The notes under the pieces are model-generated. The model was not told the DNA's origin and made no database searches. It worked only from the letters and a program-made list of their open reading frames with translations. The position numbers were made by a program, and so were the translations under genes. Below are positions 54,827 to 64,000 of a DNA stretch of 64,000 bases, in pieces; position 1 is the first letter of the stretch, and every line of letters begins with the position of its first letter. Source of the stretch: Euprymna scolopes (Eukaryota). The stretch is taken from the NCBI GenBank assembly GCA_053919585.1, contig CM132804.1; one strand, written 5' to 3'.

Positions 54827-55573
54827 TAGCAGTATCAGAATTTTTTGTGAAAATAGCGAATAATTCCACCCCATCTTTCCAAGCTTATAACTCCTCGAAA
54901 AATGCAATTCAAGCCCTAATTTTTTTTTTCAATTAAAGGAGCAAGGACCAAGATTTCATTAAAAAAAAAAAAAGAAAAAAGAAAAAACAAATAACGTGGT
55001 TTAAAAAAAGGTTTTAAACTTCAAACTTTACAGGTAAAATTCTACAAGAACACGATGTCCGTTTTTTTTTAAATTTGAATATATTATGTATTGACCTTTT
55101 CTCTTCAATTTGTGAGTAAATAATTATGTACTTATCCGGGTCTAAATTAAGTATTTACTTTAAAAATTGGGATGGGGGGGGGGGGGAACCGTGAATAAAA
55201 AAAAAAAAACGTTTGTCTAAAATATTATATTCGGTTTATTGGAAAGAACATAAAATTTCACATTGACCCTGAAAATATCGTAAAAATAGAATCAATAGAA
55301 AAATTTTGATAGATTTTTAAAATTTAAAAATTTAAAAATATTGAGTTTAAAAATTGAAAAATATTGAGTTCGGAAAATTCATTACTGTTTTAAAAAAAAA
55401 ATAAAAATATTTTTATTACTTTTAAAACAACTGTAATAGTTTATTTTGGAAGTATAATCCATAAAGAAAATAAATAACCCACTTTTAACAGAGAAATTAC
55501 GAGATTTTTATATTGTATTCGCAGTTTCGTGTTAGGGGTGTCAAAAATTCCTACAAAAATTCTGATACTGCTA
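54827..55573. mobile_element. MITE copy 2 (same family as 23374-24461)
   Basis: TIR TAGCAGTATCAGAATTTTT; 9-bp TSD ATGGTGTGG (54818-54826, 55574-55582); 3' ~370 bp near-identical to copy 1. Confidence 0.92.
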
Positions 55574-56146
55574 ATGGTGTGGTGATGGTGGGGTCGTCAT
55601 CTGTTTGTGATGACTGAATAAATCAACTAGTTATTAGCTCTTATTTTCCTGCCATTTTAAGAAAATGGCATTTACACTCTTTGCTTATGGGTTATGCATT
55701 TGGTGATGGTTGATTAGATTGTTACAACATTGAAGGCAATTAATATAATTAAGTGTTAAACTAAAACAATGGTTAGAAACTGTTTACTAAAATATTGCAA
55801 ATAGACTATTTTTTTTCTTTTTTTTTTTTTTTTTTTTTAACCTTACTAATCTGGCTTTTAAAACCAATTCTAATTTTTGAATTTTGAAGTTTTAAAAATT
55901 CAAGAACATAGTAATTTTTTATAAAATTTAAAGTAGTTTTTAAGATTTATTTTTCTTTTTAAGCTGCTTTCTATGTTACTTTGTATGTTGTATTGTGGAG
56001 TGCTTTATCTGTGATTCTTTGTGGCTAGTGTGAACTATTTAGTGTGCTTTTAGTGCTCTGATAAAATGTAGTGGTGAATGGCACTTTCTATTTTCTTTTA
56101 CTTTGATGGTTATATATAAAGTACAATTTTAACAAACAAACAAAAT

Positions 56147-56190
<44 letters not shown>

Positions 56191-56227
56191 CTGAAGAGGT
56201 ATGCTGTGGCAAGTCTTTTTATATAGA

Positions 56228-56797
56228 CTGGCATGGATATCCGGCATTGTCTGAGTGTACATGAAGTTCGATTTGGACACAGCTACTATACTAAGGATAG
56301 TGAATACCACCACCCCACCCAAAAAAAAAGAACAAAATCGCCAGATTTTTCAGCAGTCGATGCGCTGGAACCCCCTCACCAAAAGAAAAATATATAAATC
56401 AATCCAAACAGCAAGTGCTTGTGCGACTGCAAAAAAAAAAAAAACTTAGCAATGGTAGGCAAGCCCAAACCTGAAACAGAAGGGAAAGAGTTACTGGCAA
56501 ATGCTTTTGTCCATTGGACTGACGACTCTTGACGTCATGATGCTGCAAAACGTTTGAACGTAGTTTCAATTTGATACTTGTGCATGACTTGTGAAAATTG
56601 TGACGCGAAAAGTGATTCTTCTTGCAAGAAAATGGTCCAGTTGACTACCAAAATTAATTTTTTTCTTTTTTTTTTCCTAATTTTCACGTATCCGAGGCAT
56701 CGCTCTTTCAGAAGGTACCACTTCCGGCTCAGCACGATGTGGCTGACGAATGTTTTTAGGGAACATACAAACACACATTTGAGATTTATATAATAGA
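56228..56797 (-). mobile_element. Non-autonomous Helitron D, decayed
   Basis: Minus start TCTATTATATAAATCTCAAATGTGTG; degenerate hairpin actcagacaatgccggat; ends CCAG in place of CTAG; A|T target. Confidence 0.6.
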
Positions 56798-56996
56798 TGG
56801 AGAATGGGGGGGGGGCAAATATGCGTTCTTAAACATTTTAGATAAATTTTTATTGAAATTATAACATTAGCTTTCAAAAATAAGTCCTTACAAATTGTTA
56901 GAATAAAATGAAATATTGTTAATTAGTTTCAAAATCTTTCATCCAAATGTAATTTAAAAAAAAAAAAAGCGAAACATTGTCATGTTAAGCACGACT

Positions 56997-57110
56997 TGTA
57001 CAGCTATAATCACATTGACACTTTATTCCCAGTAAGATCATTGAAGTGCTATTGAGTCTGATCTGATCACTTAAATAGGTGACCACTAGGTAACACCAGG
57101 TGCTCTACGT
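56997..57110 (+). mobile_element. Second, more decayed 5S-derived SINE head
   Basis: tgtacagctataatcacattgacac...taaataggtgaccactaggtaacaccaggtgct is colinear with 44217-44331. Confidence 0.65.
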
Positions 57111-57493
57111 AAAATCTCTCTAACTATGGCAACAGATTTTGGCACTTGTTACTTTGATTTCTCAGACCAAACACCTTACCATTGAAATGTAAGGGGGGCT
57201 ACTTTATTGATTAAGGGGCTAGATTTATAGAAGGCATTCTAAGTGAAGCATTGAGCATTGATGTATGTTTACATTGAAGTTTTTGCATAATGGGGAGCAT
57301 GGAAGGAATTCCGATTGATAGCAGTTTGAGAAACATTTCTTCAGCATCTTTACAGTGAATGGATGGGATTTAGTGGATTGTTAATTGTATTTACATTGCG
57401 GGATTACCAGAACAGCAAATTCAATGGAACACACTCCATTGAAATAATTGTAAAACAAGCGTGGGGACACAACATTATGGCAATGGTACTGAT

Positions 57494-57589
57494 GAGACCT
57501 ATTAATACATAAAACCTATTAATACATAAAACCTATTAATACATGAGACTTATTAATACATAAAACCTATTAATACATGAGACTTATTA
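57494..57589. repeat. 17-bp tandem repeat x~5.6 (RaRacYtattaatacat)
   Basis: Direct reading. Confidence 0.9.
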
Positions 57590-57610
57590 GATTCTAAATT
57601 TTGTGCAAGA

Positions 57611-57941
57611 CCTGCACAAGTGAAATATGGCAGTTTATTTTGAACAGGAAAACTTTGATATACTTACGTAAAAAAAATCTACACCAAAACTTACTGAAAA
57701 ATTGAGTAGAATTTTAAAATAATTTCTATGTATGTCCGATTGTAAGTTTTATGTTTATCCCCTATTTTTCTGCTTTTTATGTAATTCTTAATTAAAATGG
57801 GTTCGCTCTAATCTAGAATTAGACATGTATGAGGAAGCTGATTTTTAATTAAAATTCTACTCCAAAATTTATGAAAAGTTTTGGTATATTTGTTTTTGCC
57901 TAATGCATATCAATTTTAATCAATTAACTCTATTTGTGCAT
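57611..57941. repeat. Imperfect long inverted repeat (old MITE or foldback)
   Basis: ttgatat..accaaaactt..gagtagaattttaa mirrored by ttaaaattctactc..aagttttggt..atatcaa. Confidence 0.6.
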
Positions 57942-58114
57942 GTCATTCAAGAAGCACAGATAAATCTGAAGCAGAGCACTGCTTCAACGAAATAATCACT
58001 ATCCGAATTTGGTATTTACATAGTTAATAGTTGCAGGGGAAAAATATAAGTGCAGTGATATATATGTGTATAATGATGGGATGATTTCAGTATTATCAAT
58101 TCTGATTCTTTAGG

Positions 58115-58162
<48 letters not shown>

Positions 58163-61100
58163 GAGGGGGTTCACAAACATAAAAATACACTTGTGGGTGG
58201 GAGTGAGCTATTAGTTTTAGCTGGTAGTTTAAAATATATAAATATTTATTTTATCATTTGTATCAGTGATGGAAAATAAGTTTTAGGTAAATAATAAAAA
58301 ATAGTTTTTGGCATCGGAAAATAGGCAAATATATATAAACTTTGTTGATAAAAGCACACTCTTGCTTTGTGAAAAATCTTTGGATGTTTTAGAATTTTCA
58401 GTCTATTTATTTAAAATAGAAAAGTTTGATTCGTATATTGTTTAATGTATGAACCTATTCTAATTTGAAAAGAAAAATTAATAGGCCATCATTAAAAGGA
58501 AAACCACAAATGCATGAACTTTATAGTCTTGAATTAGTGTTGTAGAATGACTCCATCATTTAGCTTCATAAATTAAAAACTTGGTGAATCTTGTTTCTAT
58601 TGTTTTAGCCTTGTTAATCTTTTATGCAGTTTAGAACCATGTTGCATGACAATTTGCATGATTTTGATTTCTCATTTGTTTGAACTCTAAAATGACAAGC
58701 TTTCTCTAATTTATCACTTTTAAAAGTTTTGACTCTGCAAATAATGTTTAATAACTAAATCACTAAAGTTTACTTTGTGTTTGAAGAAAAAAGCTTTTTC
58801 TGTTCATTCTTTTAACACTTTCTGCTTTTGTTATGAGTAAAGTTTTAACATTTGAACTTCCCAACTAATTTTTAAAAACGTTTTTAAGATTGTGACTAAT
58901 TTAAAAATACTTTTATTAAATGTAACTTTGGGTGGTAGGTTAGAGATTAAAACAAAAATGTATTATCATAGACTTTGTTGATTGAAGAGAAAAAAATGGA
59001 AGTATTTTCATTTCAAGAACCAGGGACTGATGCACATGTCCAAAGTTATAAAAATGCATAATCTGCATAAAATTGCCACAGTAAATCTCTTTTACTCTGG
59101 TTAAAAATTCTATCAATTAAGAACAATATTTTAATTTTTTTTTGTCATTTTATTTCCATGAAGTTTACCTCAGAAAAACTTATATTAAAACAAAAAAATT
59201 CACATTTGAAATCTGACGGCCTAGTTAACTAAAAATCTATTAAATTTTTAATACAACATAAATGGATTGATCATAGTGTGATGCGGAAGCTCTTTCATTG
59301 TAGATAAAGGGAGGACACCATTCTTTTCTCTAAATTACTCGATTTAGTCTTGATCCTTGCCTTTTATAATGCTTGTTTAGCAGGGAAGCCTAAAGTATTT
59401 AGGAGGAGGAGGTTCTTTGGTAGAACCTGACACTGATTAAATTCCTGATCTATTAGTGAATACTCTCATACAAGTTTTACTTCCATGATTTTAAATTGAA
59501 AGTTTGATTACAGCAATGTTAAACCTTCAGTATATATTTTTCTATCAGTGTGATTTTTCTAAATATTCCTTGTGTTTCAGATGTTTATTTTACTGTTTCT
59601 ACTTTCTTTCAGATTTTTTTCTTATATTCAAAGTCAAGCCAAGTTGAGTGCCATGTTATATGCTTGATTTTTTTTTTTTTTTTTTTTAACTTGTAAAAGC
59701 TAGACACATTAAAGTGCAAAAACTCTAGTGCTGGCTCTGAATGTATCCTTGGAATTCTTTTAATTTTCCTTTTTTTTTATAATTGATAAATGCATGAAAA
59801 GTTAGACTAAATTTCATTTAACTGATTTCATAAACCTGTTGGCTAATACTCTTTATCTGGCAACCATGTTTTTTTTATGGGTTTGTTTTCCAGTCATTTT
59901 AAGATCATTATTTAATATTCCTCAGTTTCAGTGATTTTTATACTGTTTCAGATTGCAATTGAGTACAATTTTCTTGGCATGTTGCAGTTCAAGAATCCTG
60001 GATAATAAGTTTTCAAATTTTCTTGGCAGAATGTGTTTGCACTATGGAAATGACTTCAACATTCTGCTACCATTTATTCTAGTTAAATTGAGTATAATCT
60101 CCCATATTTTTATCATTTTCATTATAGAAGTCACTGATTTCCAAGTTTAACATTTTATTTTTAATCATTGCCAAACGTTTTTTTTTTATTTATTTATTTT
60201 TTTAAGATATCCACAACCTATTTACACACATTTACTAGTCATGATCTCCGCAAATATTAAATTCATTTATGGAATCTTTGAAAAACTAAGAAGAAAACAA
60301 AATAACATGTTTATTTTTATACCTCTTGGTTATATTTCTTTTGACTTGTTGAAAAAAAAATTCCTCAGTTAAACTACTTTCTTGTTTCAGTTAATGTCAA
60401 GCATGAAAATCTTGACTTTAGTTTATTATTAAAAGGTCTTTTTAGTGAAACTATTTACCAACAAATAACAAACAGGCGAGTTATTTGTCAATCTTATTTG
60501 TAGTAATAAATGTCCGGTTGGTTTCTTTTAAGCCACACAAATGAAACTAGCTTTGGTTTTAGCTCTGACATTGTATTAACTTAAAAATCACTGCACTACA
60601 ATTGGAAGCAGTATATACTTTGACAAGACCAAAAAGTTATTGCTAGAGAATGTATTCCATTATATAGAATTGTCAGTGTTGGGATATCTTAACTAATTAA
60701 ATCTTCTTTGAAAGATCCCATGTAATATGCATTGGGTTGTGGCTCATTTGACATTAACAAACATTTAATATTATAACAGAATTATAAAAACAATGAAGCA
60801 TTTCTTTTTATACCAAATTTAAATTTTAAAAAACTGCCCCAAATTTTATGTAAATTTAAAAAAAATTTAATACCTTTTAACCCCTATTTTGAACTTTCCT
60901 ATCTAATTTCGATATAACAAATAACACGTCTTGCTTATAGCAATAAAACTTTTTATTCTACAACCTGTGGCATAATTTTGATTTGCATTTTAACAAGTCC
61001 TGCCATAAACAACTTTCTTTTCCTTGTCATTCAAAATTCATTTTTGTATTTTTATCCATTTATGTAATATTAAAAAAAATCTTTTCAGCCCAACAGCTTG

Positions 61101-64000
61101 CCACAGGATTATAATTTTTATAAATTTTACCTTCTCTCCTTTTGCTGCATTTAGTTTTGAGAAAGTGATTTTGTTAATGTAAAATGATTTTTTTTTTAAA
61201 TTAGCAGGTTTAATTCATATTGCATCATTTATAACTACTTAAAACTCAAGTCTTTTCTAACTTTCTTAAATGATCTTTTTAATCCTTTTGTGATATTTTT
61301 TTCTTATTTAAAAAAGATAAATTTTTAATTGTTTTTGTCTTGAGGGCTTAAACAGGACATAATTATGAACAAAAATCAACAAAATTAATATTTTTCAATG
61401 TCAAATGAGATGCTGTCACTCCCTGAGCCCAAAGACAATTGATTTATCTGTTTTGAACATAGCAAAAAAAAAAAAAAAAAAAAAACACCCTGGTGTTAAA
61501 CCGTTTATTTTAAGCACTAACTTATTAACTGCTTCATTGCCTTTTATTTTTCGACCTGCACCAACATCAACTCCTGGGTCTAGAGGAAACCCCATATGTG
61601 CCTGTTCCGTGTGAAACTCTAGTGAAAATGACTATGACTCCGTTCGGTACATGTGTGCTTGAAGAATCTTCGCTTCTAAGGTGAAGTATTTCATGTCCTC
61701 AACAAAGTCTAGAAAATCTTTTTGTCCACTTTTGAGTCCATTTGTAGTGATTTAATGTTTGCTGCTACTGCCATTGCTGCTATGACTTATGCTACTTTTG
61801 CACTACAATATGTTAGCCTCTCCAAATATATCCAGATAAATGTGACTTTATTTTCACTTCTACCTTCTGTTTTTGTTAATATTAATCTGAGATTTGTCAT
61901 CAAGAGTAGAGAAAAGTAGATATTTGTGTACATTCTTGTAGATAATGGGAGGATTTTTGTATTATTTGGATTATTCTAACTATTCTCATATCAAGTGTTA
62001 ATCTTACCATATTTTGCCGATGTAACCTCCGACCTTAAGGTGTATCTTGTTGAACTTTTAAATTTGCATGGAATCTTGACTTGAACCCATTATTTAATCC
62101 AAGGAAGTAGCATGCTCTTGTTCTGTCAGCCATGACTAGAAGTAATTTGCAACTGTATTAATATCGCTTGCATTGAGGATTAAATCTTCAACCTTCAGAA
62201 AGTGTCCCTTAAAACTGAATTTTACTTGGTACTTTATTGTGAACAATTCTATGACTAGTTCAAATAATCCAAATGATCAATTCTCATCTCAAATTTAGGA
62301 ACATAATGAGGATGTGTTCAAAAAGTTTGTATGCTCTTGCCAAATAGGCATGTTTAGTCAAGATTGTGAGCAATAATACATTTTCTTTTATCAGCAATTT
62401 TATAAGTACACATTTTATGTTTGCACATGTAGGTTTAGTAGTTACGACTAATTTAAAATTTAGTAACATATTAGCTTAGAATTTAAGCTTGAATATAAAC
62501 TTTTCTAAATCTATCATGTTGTAGTTTTGTTTATGCAAAACTAGTTTTGAGTATCTGGAAAAATCTCAAACTTAAATGAATAAAAATTAGAATTAAATGA
62601 TTACATTTTGCTTAAGACAAAAAAAAAATGGGAAACTTGGAAAATAGTGACAATATTTATGATCTAACTCTAAGGGTTCTTTCTGTAAATAGGTATCCTC
62701 TGAAATTTAGAGTAATCAATTTAGAAGGCCTGATATATATTTTTCTGTTTGAAGCCAATTTCATTCAAATAGTTGTCTTTCTGCTCATGTTTCTATTTTG
62801 TGAGACAAGGTGCTTTACTCATTTTCTTCTAGTGGTTTCTTTTTTAAACCTACCATTCTAAGGTATTGGATTCTTAACTTTTTATTCTGAAAGATTTCAT
62901 AACATTCCAAGATACAAGTATTTAAGAAAGTATATGTTGGTGCTTATCTTTAAAAAAAAAAAATTCTCTAATATGGTGACTGGTGTCTATTTTTTTTTTT
63001 TTTTTTTATATATAAAAGTGACAATGGAAAGTAGAAAATTTTTAAAGTAGAATCTATGAACTTTTTTTTTTTTAACAATTTTATTCATTTTTACAAATAT
63101 TTTTGTCCTCAAAGGTTTTTCAGTCAATTTATCACTCATGTTTTCTTAAAGAATTCTAAATAACAAAGAGCTTTATAACACTTTTGAAACTTCAAATACC
63201 CTTTTTAAAGAAAATTTTCGATAAGTTTAATGTCTAGAACTTCTAAAATCTTAAGATTTTATTACATTTTTCTAGCTTTGTTTAATCAAATAATTTTAAA
63301 GGATTATTTATGTTCACTATTTTCAAAATCTAAAAACATTTGTGCTTTGTATACATTTAACTAAAGTATTAAAGCATTTCTAAACTTTTTTCCACTGAAT
63401 CAACATTTTTTATTTTTTTTAATAAACTTTATCAATTAAGACTTTTCTTAAGCATGATATTGAAGATCTTTAATATGCATGATTCATATTCAGTGATATG
63501 CATTTTTTTTTTTTTTGCATGCCAATTGGATAAATGCATCTGCTGCTTTGTGCTGTTTTTTGTTTTGTTTTTGTTTTATCAAAATGCACTAATTTATAGC
63601 AATGCCTTTTCTATATGCCTCCATTTTTTAACAGGTTTTATCTCAACTGGATCTTAAAATTTAATCATCTTTATGAAAAATATCTATACTTTGATAATTT
63701 ATCTTATTTTTTAAAACAATTTCCAAATAGAATAAACAAGAATTATAGTTCTTTAAAGCTGTTGCAAGACGATGTTTTGTTGTTCATGCAAGGTTATTTA
63801 AGATTTTTTTTATAGGTGTCCAACAGAAAATGTCGAAGTAACAAATTCCACCAGAAACAAATTTAAAATAAAAAAATAATTTTATCGCCAAATACTCTGA
63901 TACAAAACAAAAAAACTATGTATATATTATTCATAGCAAACATAATGAGGGAATAACAGATGTACACAAATCTAAGACAATAGCAGAATCTTTAGAAAAT

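Noticed and set aside
55640-55700. FTLFAYG as the missing KLTPVAYG exon
   Set aside because: No LPYL/PLHT upstream and an in-frame stop shortly before

Overview
AT-rich animal genomic DNA, probably molluscan or cephalopod (inferred from repeat style only), with one assembly gap. The only host gene is a + strand PFKFB (6-phosphofructo-2-kinase/fructose-2,6-bisphosphatase). I rebuilt 11 phase-consistent GT-AG coding exons (4399-44910, 1134 nt, ~378 aa). The N-terminal exon(s) and the last phosphatase exon(s) were not found in the window. The introns hold many transposons: a full-length decayed I-group (Nimb-like) LINE with an 11-bp TSD, an Academ element with an internal 46-bp x11 minisatellite, and mariner and Tc1 elements. 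There are also several non-autonomous Helitrons (two head-to-tail), a 9-bp-TSD MITE in two copies, and Gypsy, RTE and CR1 remnants. The most notable small elements are a tRNA-Ala-derived Pol III head fused directly to a minimal hammerhead-ribozyme core between (TA)n tracts (retrozyme/Sm-alpha-like), and a 5S-rRNA-derived SINE with an 11-bp TSD plus a second decayed copy.
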